Shown here: positions 1-10,290 of the stretch, piece after piece
Position numbering within the stretch: the first letter of the stretch is position 1
Layout of the letters: each line of letters opens with the position of its first letter
From: Synechococcus sp.
GTDB lineage: Bacteria > Cyanobacteriota > Cyanobacteriia > PCC-6307 > Cyanobiaceae
NCBI GenBank assembly: GCA_047284725.1
Contig: JBJBEO010000001.1
Location: 1,976,203 to 2,040,202, forward strand
Length of the DNA: 64,000 nt
Reading direction: 5' to 3'
Notes under the pieces: generated by a model
Seen by the model: only the letters and a program-made list of their open reading frames with translations
What the model was told of the DNA's origin: nothing
Databases searched by the model: none
Position numbers and translations under genes: made by a program

Positions 1-414
1 CACCTTCAGCGCTGGGCAGAGGATGCCCCTACGCCGCTCGCACAATTGTGCTCCCGCTTTCTGAATCGAAAGCTGTTCAAAGCCACCAACGTGGCTGCGC
101 TGTCCACAGAGCAACAACTGGAAGCCCTAGCCCTGGCAAGACGTCTGAGCGAGGCCGCCGCCCTGGATCCCGAACACTGCTGCGGACTACGCCATCAGCA
201 ACTCAGGGGTTATCACCCCTATCGAGGAGGTTTACGACTGTGGGATGGCGCCATGCTGCGCGGCCTAGAGACGACCTCCTCTCTCGTGAACAGCCTCTCG
301 AAACCTGCTGCGATGGCTTGGTTGATCCACCCGGGGGAGATCCAGGAGTCATTGCGACAGACACTCGATCTGACGACTCAACACCCCACTGGCAATGGGG
401 CACATGCCGATTAA
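1..414 (+). CDS. HD-domain phosphohydrolase family protein, C-terminal part (5' truncated by window edge)
   Basis: Frame open from base 1 (HLQRWAED...LCSRFLNRKLFK), typical of the C-terminus of the cyanobacterial HD protein found upstream of minC. Confidence 0.6.
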   Translation, partial: HLQRWAEDAPTPLAQLCSRFLNRKLFKATNVAALSTEQQLEALALARRLSEAAALDPEHCCGLRHQQLRGYHPYRGGLRLWDGAMLRGLETTSSLVNSLSKPAAMAWLIHPGEIQESLRQTLDLTTQHPTGNGAHAD

Positions 415-449
415 CGTTTCACCAGTCTGTTTAGGTTCATCGCCTCCCG

Positions 450-1166
450 ATGGCTGCTGATCACACCTCCGGTCTGCGCCAAACACTCCTGTTGCCACCG
501 ATGCGGCAAACGCACTGGAGAGAGGCCGTAGCGGATCAGCTGCAACAGCTACGCCCTGGATCTCTGGAGTTGATTTGCCATGAATGGCCGCTGGCCTGTC
601 GCGATCTCACCGCGCTTGTTGAACTCCTGGGGGCATCGAATTTCAGCGTGGGGGCGGTGCAAACCACAGAACCCACCACCGCCATCGCAGCCCAGGCATT
701 GGGCCTGACGGTGCAGCTCATCGAATGCAACGCAACCACCAACAAGGTCATCAGTCCTGACGTCCTCGTAGAGGACACCCCCAGGCTCCGTCTGCATCGG
801 GGCACCTTGCGTTCGGGCGACCATCTTCAAACTCAAGGGGACCTTCTGGTGCTGGGCGACGTCAATCCTGGAGCCCGTGTCTCCGCGTCAGGCGATGTGA
901 TGGTCTGGGGTCGCCTTCGGGGCATTGCCCACGCCGGCCAAGATGGTGACAGAGCAGCACGCATCATCGCGCTGCAACTGCGGCCCCTCCAGCTGCGTAT
1001 TGCCGACCGGGTGGCCAGAGGCCCTGACGACGACCCCCTGCCGGGCCTGACGGAAGAAGCCCACATTGAAACCGACGAAATTGTGATCAAACCGGCCAGT
1101 CCGCGGCTGAACGCACGGCTCATGGCTGCAAGCAATTCCCACGATCAGAACCAATCGCTGGCCTGA
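450..1166 (+). CDS. minC: Septum site-determining protein MinC
   Basis: GTLRSGD...GDVNPGA...GDVMVWGRLRGIAHAG C-terminal beta-helix motif; first gene of minCDE. Confidence 0.95.
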   Translation: MAADHTSGLRQTLLLPPMRQTHWREAVADQLQQLRPGSLELICHEWPLACRDLTALVELLGASNFSVGAVQTTEPTTAIAAQALGLTVQLIECNATTNKVISPDVLVEDTPRLRLHRGTLRSGDHLQTQGDLLVLGDVNPGARVSASGDVMVWGRLRGIAHAGQDGDRAARIIALQLRPLQLRIADRVARGPDDDPLPGLTEEAHIETDEIVIKPASPRLNARLMAASNSHDQNQSLA

Positions 1167-1208
1167 ATCTTCCGTCGCCATTAAGGTGGCGCGACTTCTT
1201 GGGACACC

Positions 1209-2024
1209 GTGGCGCCCACTTCGCGAACGATCCTGATCTGCTCCGGCAAGGGGGGGGTCGGCAAGACAACACTGACTGCAAACCTGGGCATCGCCCTGGC
1301 GAGGCTTGGTTTGCGCACGGTGGTGCTCGATGCCGACTTCGGCCTGCGCAACCTTGATCTGTTGCTGGGGCTTGAAAACAGAATTGTCTTCACAGCGCAA
1401 GAGGTGCTGGCTGAAAGCTGCCGCCTGGAGCAGGCTCTGGTGAAGCACAAACAGGAACCGAACCTGGCCCTGCTGCCAGCCGGCAACCCGCGGATGCTCG
1501 AGTGGCTCAAACCTGAAGACATGCAAACGATCGTGAGCATGCTTCAGAAACAGTTCGATTACGTGCTGATCGACTGCCCAGCAGGCATCGAGGATGGCTT
1601 TAAAAACGCAGTCGCCGCGGCCCAGGAAGCGATTGTGATCACCACACCTGAGGTCTCAGCCGTTCGTGATGCGGACCGGGTGATCGGTCTGCTCAACACC
1701 AACGGCGTGACCCCCGTGCAGCTGGTGTTGAACCGGGTACGGCCAAAAATGATGGTCAATCAGGAAATGTTGGCGGTGGACGACGTCACTGACATTCTGG
1801 CTCTTCCTCTGCTGGGTCTCGTACTCGAAGACGAACAGGTGATTGTGAGCACGAATCGAGGTGAACCCCTCACCCTGAACGGCAGCAGCTCACCAGCGGC
1901 CCGCGCCTATGGCAACGTAGCCCGTCGCCTGCAGGGGGAGGATGTTCCCCTGATGGATCCAGCAAAAGAGGGACGAGGGCTCCGAGCCAAGGTGCGCCGA
2001 CTGATGCAAAAGAAGATTTTTTGA
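1209..2024 (+). CDS. minD: Septum site-determining ATPase MinD
   Basis: Deviant Walker [40 protein letters not shown]. Confidence 0.98.
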   Translation: MAPTSRTILICSGKGGVGKTTLTANLGIALARLGLRTVVLDADFGLRNLDLLLGLENRIVFTAQEVLAESCRLEQALVKHKQEPNLALLPAGNPRMLEWLKPEDMQTIVSMLQKQFDYVLIDCPAGIEDGFKNAVAAAQEAIVITTPEVSAVRDADRVIGLLNTNGVTPVQLVLNRVRPKMMVNQEMLAVDDVTDILALPLLGLVLEDEQVIVSTNRGEPLTLNGSSSPAARAYGNVARRLQGEDVPLMDPAKEGRGLRAKVRRLMQKKIF

Positions 2025-2029
2025 ATTCG

Positions 2030-2311
2030 ATGACCCTGCGCGACATACTCGACAAATTGCTGAGACGGCAACCCGCCAGTGCCAGCACCGCCAGAGAACG
2101 GCTGCAGCTGGTGCTGGCCCATGACCGCAGTGATCTGAGCCCTGAACTGCTTGATCAAATGCGTCGTGAAATTTTTGAAGTCGTTGCCCGTTACGTCGAA
2201 GTGGACCTCGACGAGGGTGATGTCAGCCTTGAAACAGAAGACCGGGTGACGGCACTGGTTGCCAACCTGCCGATCCGCAGACCGCTAGCGGTCAACCGCA
2301 ACGACGTCTGA
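2030..2311 (+). CDS. minE: Cell division topological specificity factor MinE
   Basis: [17 protein letters not shown] motif; follows minD. Confidence 0.97.
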   Translation: MTLRDILDKLLRRQPASASTARERLQLVLAHDRSDLSPELLDQMRREIFEVVARYVEVDLDEGDVSLETEDRVTALVANLPIRRPLAVNRNDV

Positions 2312-2368
2312 GCCTTTCAGGCTGCAATCGCAGGGGAAGACTTTCAACAGCTTTTTGGACGTTCTGAG

Positions 2369-2611
2369 ATGCCTCCGGTTTGCCTGAGTCCCGCCGAACG
2401 GGCCGTCACTGATCTCCTGTTGGTCGGTCTGAGCAACAAATCCATTGCCCGGGAGCTCGTTCTCAGCGTGCGCACCATCGAATCGCATGTCAGTCATGCC
2501 TTGATGAAAACCGGCTGCCGCAACCGGCTCGAACTGGCGATGTGGCTATTGCGTCACCAATCCGGCGCCGCCGTGGAGCAGGCCGGTAAACTTCCCAAGA
2601 CGCCGGCTTAG
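2369..2611 (+). CDS. Stand-alone LuxR-family HTH transcriptional regulator
   Basis: LSPAE...GLSNKSIARELVLSVRTIESHVSHALMK LuxR HTH signature; stop codon lies inside tRNA-Thr. Confidence 0.85.
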   Translation: MPPVCLSPAERAVTDLLLVGLSNKSIARELVLSVRTIESHVSHALMKTGCRNRLELAMWLLRHQSGAAVEQAGKLPKTPA

Positions 2612-2673
2612 CTCAGCGGTAGAGCAGCGCTTTTGTAAAGCGAAGGCCATCGGTTCAAATCCGTTAGCCGGCT
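2602..2673 (+). tRNA. tRNA-Thr(UGU)
   Basis: GCCGGCT acceptor stem, TAGCTCAGCGGTAGAGC D-arm, loop TTTGTAA, GGTTCAAATCC T-arm; CCA not encoded. Confidence 0.95.
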
Positions 2674-2705
2674 TGAATCTCTTCATGGCTGCCACAGCAA
2701 ACGGC

Positions 2706-2870
2706 TCACTGCTCCCTGGGCCGTCCTGTCAGAAGCCAGAACCCAAGAAGAGCAAGCAGCCAGGGCAGACTCGTCAGGCTGAGCCACGCCGTGGCGAGGT
2801 GCGCTAATGGATCGAGCACCCAGAACCCCACCACCTGAAGCCCGAGAATGATGGCGATCAACCAGAGCAT
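2706..2870 (-). CDS. Small membrane protein (54 aa)
   Basis: MLWLIAIILGLQVVGFWVLDPL...WLLALLGFWLL, two hydrophobic segments; overlaps the 3' end of tsaC. Confidence 0.55.
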   Translation of the reverse strand: MLWLIAIILGLQVVGFWVLDPLAHLATAWLSLTSLPWLLALLGFWLLTGRPREQ

Positions 2871-3490
2871 GACGGCTTGGGAACAACTCCATCGGGCATC
2901 ACAGCACCCTGGCGCAAGAGGCGCCACTGACCGCAGGCCTCCCACGCCAACACCGTACTGGCCTGCGCCTGCGGTAATGGCCAGGGGGCTGGTCCAAGGC
3001 AGGGCAAAGCCGGAAAATATGTTTGCGCCTGCGGCGGATTCAAGGCGGCCGGAAGGCCTGACGGATTGGCACTCGTCGTCGCCAGAGGACCGCTCAGAGT
3101 CATGAGATCGCGGGCTTGTGCACAAGCGGGGAGCCTGAGGCCCAGCGTCGATGCTCCTGGATGAAGAGATTGAAGAATGGCTTGAGGCAAGGGGTCCGGC
3201 GCCACAGGCACCACCAGCGTTAAGGCCCCTGGCCAGTACTGCTTAGCAAGAAAGACCAAGTCAGCTTGAGCCTCCGGCGCCGCACACTGAACAAGAGGTA
3301 CAGGCGAGGACGCCATCAAGATCAGCGGCTTATCCGCCGGACGTTGCTTCAACGTCCAGATCTGCTCCGCATGGGCAGGCAAGGCCACCAAGGCCGGGAG
3401 CGTATCAGTCGGCATCAGCCCTGCAGATCCTGCTTGCAGGCGCGTAGCGAGCTCAGCCGCTGACAGAAACAGAGGCTGCTGGCCACCCAT
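2858..3490 (-). CDS. tsaC: L-threonylcarbamoyladenylate synthase (Sua5/YrdC family)
   Basis: PTDT, LKQRPADKPL, YWPGALTLV, GPLATTSANPSG motifs. Confidence 0.92.
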   Translation of the reverse strand: MGGQQPLFLSAAELATRLQAGSAGLMPTDTLPALVALPAHAEQIWTLKQRPADKPLILMASSPVPLVQCAAPEAQADLVFLAKQYWPGALTLVVPVAPDPLPQAILQSLHPGASTLGLRLPACAQARDLMTLSGPLATTSANPSGLPAALNPPQAQTYFPALPCLGPAPWPLPQAQASTVLAWEACGQWRLLRQGAVMPDGVVPKPSCSG

Positions 3491-3516
3491 GACACGTTTA
3501 CTGGGGAACAACCCCT

Positions 3517-4410
3517 TCAGACTGCACGACGGGCGATCGCAAAACGCCGAATGCCTTGACAATCCTTGACGGCTTGCATCTCTTCAAGTCCCGCCGCTGC
3601 CATCAGAGCCAACACACCAGCGCTCTGATCGTGGTGATGCTCCAGCAACAACCAACCTCCTGGGGCCAGGGCGACGGGAGCGCCCGCAATGATGTCGCGG
3701 CAGCAGATCAGTCCATCACGACCGCCATCCAGGGCAAGGAGGGGCTCGTGATCGCGCACAACCGGATCCAAATGATTCACCACCTCAGTGGGGATGTAGG
3801 GGGGATTCGACACCACCAAGGTCAATTCTCCCCAGAAGGCCTTCAGTGGTTGCCACCAATGACCTCGATGCAGACACCAGGTCGCAGAGCTGGCCCACTG
3901 CTCCAGATTGCAACGGGCCAGGGCAAGGGCCTTCTCACTGCAATCCACCGCGTGCCCCTGCCATCCCTGCAACAGACGCGCCAAGGCAACAGCCATTGCA
4001 CCGGAGCCGGTACCAAGGTCAGCCCATCTCGGCTTTTGCAGCGGAGATGGGGGCAGCGACGCTGCGACCTGAACAGCCAAATCAACGAGTTGCTCAGTGT
4101 CCTGACGAGGGATCAGAGCATCGGGAGACACCCTCAACTCGAAATCGCGCCAGGGACAACACCCCACCAGATGCTGCAAGGGCTTGTGATCAACCAGATG
4201 ACAGCGCCACCACCGGTCAAGATCATCAAGCGAACAGCTCAGCTTCACGTCCGCTGACTCAGGGTCGAGCTGAAGTTTCTGCAGGTCCGCCCAGCGAAGA
4301 CCTCCACCGAGGTCCAACAACCAATCCAGGTCAACCGACCGACCACCCTCTGCAAGGCGCGCGCGACGCCACGTCAGTAGATCGGATCCCCTGATTGGCT
4401 GTGATCGCAT
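3517..4410 (-). CDS. prmC: Release factor glutamine methyltransferase
   Basis: LIPRQDTE, DLGTGSGA, SNPPY, ALDGGRDG motifs. Confidence 0.95.
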   Translation of the reverse strand: MRSQPIRGSDLLTWRRARLAEGGRSVDLDWLLDLGGGLRWADLQKLQLDPESADVKLSCSLDDLDRWWRCHLVDHKPLQHLVGCCPWRDFELRVSPDALIPRQDTEQLVDLAVQVAASLPPSPLQKPRWADLGTGSGAMAVALARLLQGWQGHAVDCSEKALALARCNLEQWASSATWCLHRGHWWQPLKAFWGELTLVVSNPPYIPTEVVNHLDPVVRDHEPLLALDGGRDGLICCRDIIAGAPVALAPGGWLLLEHHHDQSAGVLALMAAAGLEEMQAVKDCQGIRRFAIARRAV

Positions 4411-4418
4411 CCATCCAG

Positions 4419-5540
4419 CTAAGCAAGACGCCAACGCATGCCGGGCTCAGCCCTCAGCACTCCCTCCAGCTCGAGCTGCACCAACTGCTCAGCCAGGTGC
4501 GACGACGACCTGCCCAGCTGACTGGCCAACCGAGGAAGGCTGGCACCATCTTCGAGCAGCGCCATCAGAGCTGGATCAGCCTCCGCGAGGCGATGCTGCG
4601 CATTCACTGTGTTCTCCGTGGAGGCAGATGCTTCCGCAAGCGCCCGAAGTGGTGAGGGCAGCGGTGGTGCCCCCAGCGACTGCACCCATGACGCCACATC
4701 CACAAGGGGCTGGGCATCCTTCTGCAGCAAGTGGTTGCTCCCCTGGGCGGACGACCGCATCACGTCTGCAGGCATGGCCCAAAGAGAACGTCCCTGGAGC
4801 AACGCCTCACGCGCCGAGATCAATGCACCGCTCTCCATCGGGCACTCCACCACCACCACCGCTCGCGACAGCGCCACCAGCAGGCGGTTGCGCAAGACAA
4901 AACTCGATCGCCGAACCCGACCGCCAAGAGCCAGCTCAGTGACAACCAAACCCGAATCAGCCACCTGAACCTGCAAAGGGGCATGTTCAGGTGGATACAC
5001 ACGGTCCAATGGCGTTCCCACGACAGCCACCGGTTGACCTCCACCAGCCAAACAGCCCCGATGGACGGCAGCATCAATTCCCTCGGCCAACCCACTGACC
5101 ACAGGCCATCCAGCCCTGGCAAGAGCCTCGCCAAGGGATTCAGCCGCTCGAAGTCCGTGCAGAGAAGGTCTTCGAGACCCCACCACGGCAATAGCCTGAC
5201 CTGCAAGAAGCGAAGCCAGGCGACTGGGGTGACCTTGCCAAAAGAGAGCGACGGGGGGCCGCCTCAAACGGGCCAAGCCCTTTGGCCATAAACGGTCAAC
5301 CGGAAGCAGAACCTGATCAGGCACCTCCAAACCTGGCTCTGAGCCCAGGCTGACTCGATAAGCATCAACTGAATTCAGCAGGCTGAATGGCCAACCCAGT
5401 TCAGCCTGCAGGCGCTTGCTCGACCACGTCCAGAGCATGGCCAGGCTGATGCCTTCACGGCAAGCCAGGCCTTGCAGCTGAGCCATCCGAGCCACCCCAA
5501 CCCCCGGACACCGAGACCAGATCCACCACCAACGCCTCAC
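4419..5540 (-). CDS. dprA: DNA-processing protein DprA/Smf
   Basis: AVVGSR, VSGLAEGIDAAVH, FVLRNRL, SGALISA, GSNHLL motifs; start taken at GTG 5540 (uncertain). Confidence 0.92.
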   Translation of the reverse strand: MRRWWWIWSRCPGVGVARMAQLQGLACREGISLAMLWTWSSKRLQAELGWPFSLLNSVDAYRVSLGSEPGLEVPDQVLLPVDRLWPKGLARLRRPPVALFWQGHPSRLASLLAGQAIAVVGSRRPSLHGLRAAESLGEALARAGWPVVSGLAEGIDAAVHRGCLAGGGQPVAVVGTPLDRVYPPEHAPLQVQVADSGLVVTELALGGRVRRSSFVLRNRLLVALSRAVVVVECPMESGALISAREALLQGRSLWAMPADVMRSSAQGSNHLLQKDAQPLVDVASWVQSLGAPPLPSPLRALAEASASTENTVNAQHRLAEADPALMALLEDGASLPRLASQLGRSSSHLAEQLVQLELEGVLRAEPGMRWRLA

Positions 5541-5562
5541 ATCACCAATTAGTACGCATGAA

Positions 5563-6027
5563 CTATTCTCCCATGGGCTTGCCGGGCGGGCCAAGGACCA
5601 ATGCCTGCAAGCCCTCCCTGAGCACAAGAGGTGGACGCCTGAGCACCGAAGCACGCCCACCTTCCAGCTGCACAATCACCAGCTCAACCTCAGCCTCGGC
5701 CATACAGGTCCCATCGGGCAGGCAAAAACGAGCCGACCAGGGCCAGCGAGCACCACGACGCGGCAATGCAATGCTCTCGAGCACCACAAGGTCGCCGTGA
5801 CAGAGCGACTGGCGGTAGTGAATCTGCAGTCGCACCACTGGCATTTCATAGCCCTGGCCAGCAACGGAGGCATACGACAAGCCAGCAGCAGCCAGAGCTT
5901 CCACCCTCGCTTCCTCCAACCAGGCCACATAGGCTCCATGCCACATCACGCCAGCGTGATCGGTGTGCTGAGGAAGCACTGTCTTCTCAAGTCGCCAGGG
6001 CTGCGTCGTAACGCTCTCAGTCACCAT
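5563..6027 (-). CDS. Acyl-CoA thioesterase (4HBT/YbgC hot-dog family)
   Basis: TDHAGVMWHGAYVAWLEEAR motif. Confidence 0.9.
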   Translation of the reverse strand: MVTESVTTQPWRLEKTVLPQHTDHAGVMWHGAYVAWLEEARVEALAAAGLSYASVAGQGYEMPVVRLQIHYRQSLCHGDLVVLESIALPRRGARWPWSARFCLPDGTCMAEAEVELVIVQLEGGRASVLRRPPLVLREGLQALVLGPPGKPMGE

Positions 6028-6079
6028 GTCTCTTGGGCGGGAGTCTCGCCATAGGCTGCTTCACAGCAAAACCAAGCCC

Positions 6080-6928
6080 GTGTTCAAGAACCTGCTGATC
6101 GCCGATTCCGGCAAAGGGCATGTGGAAGAAATGGTGAAAATGCTGAGGGATCTGCCGGGATTCCGCGCCGCCAGGGTCAACCTTCTCCATGTCGTTCCCG
6201 AGCAAGGCAAAGCCGGTGCGGAAGACCACTGGGCAGACGCGGCCAACCTGATGAAGGAGGCCATCAGCCGGATGGGCCTCGATGCAAGCGAAGTGAATTC
6301 GATCATTCGCAACGGCGATGCCAAGCAAACCGTGCTCAAGGTGGCCGAAGAACTCGACGCCGATCTGATCCTGATGGGCTCTCGCGGCCTGGGACGCCTG
6401 CAGTCAATCCTCTCCAACAGCACAAGCCAGTACGTTTTCCAGCTGTCCACGCGTCCAATGCTTCTGGTGCGCGACGACCTCTACGTGAGGCACGTCAATC
6501 GGGTCATGGTGACCGTGGACGGCACCGGGGTGGGCGATGACGCCCTGAAATTGGCCTGCGAGATGGTGCGCGACATTCCCGGCGGCCAGCTCACAGGAGT
6601 GCACGTGGCACGCCAGGAGCCTGTGGCATCAAGAGGAGCCAGCAACAAAGGTGATGAGCTCCTCAACGCCGCAGTGCAACGCGCACGAAGCTTGGGGGTC
6701 GACATGAAGCCCCTGCACGTCACCGACGCCGACATCGGCCGGGGAGTTTGCAAAGCAGCTGCAGACTCCAATGCTGATCTGGTGGTGATCGCCTCCCAGG
6801 ATCGCCGTCCACTCGTTGCCCGCGGGCTTGTGGATCTCGACAAACTGCTTGGGGGCTCCGTGAGTGACTACATCAGGGTTCATGCCCCTGCACCAGTGAT
6901 GCTGGTGCGGGAACCGGAGCGGCGCTAA
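6080..6928 (+). CDS. Tandem-domain universal stress protein
   Basis: Two USP domains (ADLILMGSRGLG; ADLVVIAS...LLGGSVSDYI); GTG start. Confidence 0.92.
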   Translation: MFKNLLIADSGKGHVEEMVKMLRDLPGFRAARVNLLHVVPEQGKAGAEDHWADAANLMKEAISRMGLDASEVNSIIRNGDAKQTVLKVAEELDADLILMGSRGLGRLQSILSNSTSQYVFQLSTRPMLLVRDDLYVRHVNRVMVTVDGTGVGDDALKLACEMVRDIPGGQLTGVHVARQEPVASRGASNKGDELLNAAVQRARSLGVDMKPLHVTDADIGRGVCKAAADSNADLVVIASQDRRPLVARGLVDLDKLLGGSVSDYIRVHAPAPVMLVREPERR

Positions 6929-6953
6929 GCGCTCGCTCCGAGGCGATGCCGGA

Positions 6954-7058
6954 TCAACCCTGACGGCTGTTGGTCTGGATATAAAGGATGATCAAAAAAA
7001 CAGTTGGAACCAGAACGAACAGAAGACTGGCAACAAAGCCGAGATCGTTGGTTTCCAT
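6954..7058 (-). CDS. psbM: Photosystem II reaction centre protein M
   Basis: Manual translation [34 protein letters not shown]; not in the ORF track. Confidence 0.96.
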   Translation of the reverse strand: METNDLGFVASLLFVLVPTVFLIILYIQTNSRQG

Positions 7059-7117
7059 GACTGAAAAAAGATGCATCTGGAAGGTATCACCGTTCGGGGA
7101 CCTTCCGAAGCGATGCT

Positions 7118-7624
7118 TCAGCGCTCGTCATCGGGCGTAGCAGCTTCAGCATCAGCTGGTGAAGCAACGGAAGCCCTGATGACATCACCGTCGCTGACGT
7201 CGCCGGATTGTCCCTCCGCCTCATCATCATCAGACTCAACCACCGGCCAGGAGGTCGGCCCTGAAGGGAGAGGCTCAGCCGATGCTTCAGCAAGCTTGCC
7301 GTCGCGATCTGGGAGACCCGTCTGCGGCTTGGTGAGAACTATCACTGACTGCCGCACCAACGTCTGACAACCCAGGCGCCATTGCTCGGGTCGACGCTTC
7401 AACTTGAGCTCTTCCACCGAGGTCCGAGGGGATAACGCATCAGGCCCAGCCATGCCCGCCACTTCAACGAAGCAGGTGATGCACTGACCACAGCCGTTGC
7501 AGTTCCCAAGACGGCCCTTGAGGCCGTAGAGCTCGATCCCCTCCCGCAAAGCGACGTCGCGCAGATTTTCGCCTGGATAGCACTCCACATCACGCCCCTC
7601 ACGAACAAAACGGATCACGGGCAT
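7118..7624 (-). CDS. 2Fe-2S ferredoxin-like protein with acidic C-terminal tail
   Basis: [12 protein letters not shown]...WRLGCQ cysteine pattern. Confidence 0.9.
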   Translation of the reverse strand: MPVIRFVREGRDVECYPGENLRDVALREGIELYGLKGRLGNCNGCGQCITCFVEVAGMAGPDALSPRTSVEELKLKRRPEQWRLGCQTLVRQSVIVLTKPQTGLPDRDGKLAEASAEPLPSGPTSWPVVESDDDEAEGQSGDVSDGDVIRASVASPADAEAATPDDER

Positions 7625-7879
7625 GGGCGCCACCAAGAGCAATTGGCAACCATTGTGGGGCTCAGCGTTTCGTTTTGTAACCGCGGCAACTCCAGCAGCG
7701 GTCACGCGCCATAACCCCACGAGGGAGCGGCACGACAGGGGCAAGAGATCCACAACACCACCAAACTCCACGCCCTGGCACGTTGCAGCTCGCGACAGCT
7801 GAGCACGAAGGATCAGCCACGCCCCTTACGATCACCGGGTCTGGCTGCATCAGCAGCTTCGTTCCCCCGAACCTGACCC

Positions 7880-9439
7880 ATGGGATTGCCCTGGTATCGG
7901 GTGCACACGGTCGTGATCAACGACCCCGGCCGACTGTTGGCCGTGCACCTCATGCACACAGCCCTCGTCGCCGGCTGGGCCGGCTCGATGGCCCTCTACG
8001 AACTCGCCATTTTTGACCCATCGGATCCAGTCCTGAATCCGATGTGGCGTCAGGGCATGTTTGTGATGCCCTTCATGGCCCGCCTCGGTGTAACCGGGAG
8101 CTGGGGTGGCTGGAGCATCACCGGTGAAACCGGTGTTGATCCTGGCTTCTGGAGCTTTGAAGGCGTTGCGGCGGCCCACATCATTTTCAGCGGATTGCTG
8201 ATGCTTGCCGCCATCTGGCACTGGACCTACTGGGATCTCGAGATCTGGCAGGACCCCCGCACTGGAGAGCCTGCACTCGATCTCCCCAAGATCTTCGGCA
8301 TCCACCTGCTTCTCGCCGGTCTTGGTTGCTTCGGCTTTGGTGCCTTCCATCTCACCGGAGTCTTCGGACCCGGCATGTGGATCTCCGATCCGTACGGTCT
8401 CAGTGGGCACCTCGAAGCGGTGCAACCGTCCTGGGGGCCGGACGGATTCAACCCGTTCAATCCGGGCGGCATTGTTGCTCACCACATCGCAGCAGGCATT
8501 GTTGGCATCGTTGCCGGTGTTTTCCACATCAGCACGCGTCCACCCGAACGCCTCTACAAAGCTCTTCGGATGGGCAACATCGAGACCGTGCTCTCCAGTG
8601 CGATTGCAGCCGTTTTCTTCGCGGCATTCATTGTTGCTGGAACTATGTGGTACGGCTCTGCGGCAACCCCTGTTGAGCTGTTTGGCCCTACCCGTTATCA
8701 ATGGGATCAGAGCTACTTCAAAACTGAAATCAACCGTCGCGTGCAAACCGCGATGGATGAAGGCTCTTCCGTGGAAGACGCCTATGCCTCCATCCCTGAG
8801 AAGCTCGCCTTCTACGACTACGTTGGCAACAGCCCTGCTAAGGGTGGCCTGTTCCGCGTCGGACCCATGGTGAATGGTGATGGTCTGCCAACAGGCTGGC
8901 TTGGACATATTGCTTTCACCGACAAAGAAGGACGCGATCTCCAGGTGAGGCGTCTTCCCAACTTCTTCGAGAATTTCCCTGTTGTTCTGGAAGACAGTGA
9001 TGGAGTCGTTCGAGGTGACATCCCCTTCCGTCGTGCTGAAGCGAAGTACTCCTTCGAGCAGCAAGGCATCACTGCTGCCGTTTATGGCGGCGCCCTGGAC
9101 GGACAAACCTTCACTGATCCCGCTGACGTGAAGCGTCTTGCTCGCAAGGCACAACTCGGTGAAGCGTTCGAATTCGATCGCGAGACCTACAACTCGGACG
9201 GCACCTTCCGCAGCTCACCTCGTGGTTGGTTCACCTTCGGCCATGCCACGTTTGCGTTGTTATTCTTCTTTGGCCATATCTGGCACGGTGCTCGCACCCT
9301 CTACCGTGATGTGTTCGCTGGTGTTGATCCTGACCTTGGTGAACAGGTGGAATTCGGCCTGTTCCAGAAACTGGGCGACAAATCCACCCGTCGTCTACCC
9401 GAGGGCTATGTGCCCCCGGCCGGTTCACCCCTTAGCTGA
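7880..9439 (+). CDS. psbB: Photosystem II CP47 chlorophyll-binding protein
   Basis: [27 protein letters not shown]-terminus; full-length CP47. Confidence 0.99.
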   Translation: MGLPWYRVHTVVINDPGRLLAVHLMHTALVAGWAGSMALYELAIFDPSDPVLNPMWRQGMFVMPFMARLGVTGSWGGWSITGETGVDPGFWSFEGVAAAHIIFSGLLMLAAIWHWTYWDLEIWQDPRTGEPALDLPKIFGIHLLLAGLGCFGFGAFHLTGVFGPGMWISDPYGLSGHLEAVQPSWGPDGFNPFNPGGIVAHHIAAGIVGIVAGVFHISTRPPERLYKALRMGNIETVLSSAIAAVFFAAFIVAGTMWYGSAATPVELFGPTRYQWDQSYFKTEINRRVQTAMDEGSSVEDAYASIPEKLAFYDYVGNSPAKGGLFRVGPMVNGDGLPTGWLGHIAFTDKEGRDLQVRRLPNFFENFPVVLEDSDGVVRGDIPFRRAEAKYSFEQQGITAAVYGGALDGQTFTDPADVKRLARKAQLGEAFEFDRETYNSDGTFRSSPRGWFTFGHATFALLFFFGHIWHGARTLYRDVFAGVDPDLGEQVEFGLFQKLGDKSTRRLPEGYVPPAGSPLS

Positions 9440-9460
9440 TCGCCCCTCCGGAGATTCTCG

Positions 9461-9556
9461 ATGGAAAGCTTCGCTTACATCCTCATCCTCACCCTGGCGA
9501 TTGCCACCCTCTTCTTTGCGATCGCCTTTCGCGATCCACCGAAGATCGGCAAGTAA
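9461..9556 (+). CDS. psbT: Photosystem II reaction centre protein T
   Basis: Manual translation [35 protein letters not shown] upstream; follows psbB. Confidence 0.97.
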   Translation: MESFAYILILTLAIATLFFAIAFRDPPKIGK

Positions 9557-9576
9557 TCCAGAACGTGACCACTTCA

Positions 9577-9600
9577 CCTCGCCATCAGGCGGGGTTTTTT
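9577..9600 (+). terminator. Rho-independent terminator after psbBT
   Basis: ACCTCGCC-ATCA-GGCGGGGT stem-loop followed by a T run. Confidence 0.75.
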
Positions 9601-9715
9601 ATTGCCCATACCAAGCACAACTGCCAGAAACCGATCCTTGGAAAACAAACAACTGTTCAGGACTCGACACCGCGTCTAAAGTTGGTACAAAGATGACATT
9701 CGGAGATTGCCGGGC

Positions 9716-10189
9716 GTGCAGTGCCCTTCCTGCCAAAACACAGATAGCCGTGTGTTGGAATCACGCTCTGCCGACAGCGGCAAAAGCGTGAGGCGGAGAC
9801 GCGAATGCCTCAATTGCGAATTTCGTTTCACCACCTACGAGCGGGTGGAAACGATGCCGATCACGGTGCTGAAGCGCAATGGAACCCGCGAAAGCTTCAG
9901 CCGCACGAAACTTCTGCACGGTCTTGGTAGAGCCTGTGAAAAAACCGGAGTGAACGCGAGCCGACTGGAAACCGTGGTGGATGACATCGAGTCGGCACTC
10001 CAGCAACGCAGCAACCGTGATGTGACCAGTCAGGAAATCGGCGAGATGGTGCTCGCTCAACTGAAAGACCTCAGCGAAGTGGCCTATGTGCGATTCGCAT
10101 CGGTGTATCGCCAGTTTCAGGGCATCAGCGATTTCATCGCCACGCTCGAAGACATGCACACAAGCCCTGAAACGTTGGTGATGCTCTGA
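9716..10189 (+). CDS. nrdR: Transcriptional repressor NrdR
   Basis: CPSC...[17 protein letters not shown] zinc ribbon, ATP-cone, [10 protein letters not shown]. Confidence 0.96.
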   Translation: MQCPSCQNTDSRVLESRSADSGKSVRRRRECLNCEFRFTTYERVETMPITVLKRNGTRESFSRTKLLHGLGRACEKTGVNASRLETVVDDIESALQQRSNRDVTSQEIGEMVLAQLKDLSEVAYVRFASVYRQFQGISDFIATLEDMHTSPETLVML

Positions 10190-10290
10190 GCCGAAGGCTC
10201 ATCTGTAGAGTGTGAGATTGATTGTCTGAGGTCGGCGGGCCTCGGCCTTCACTCACTTCGCACTGCCTCCGGGCAGACCGCCAACCCCCT

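Noticed and set aside
7850..9154. 434-aa minus-strand ORF
   Set aside because: Antisense shadow of psbB caused by codon bias; no protein motifs.
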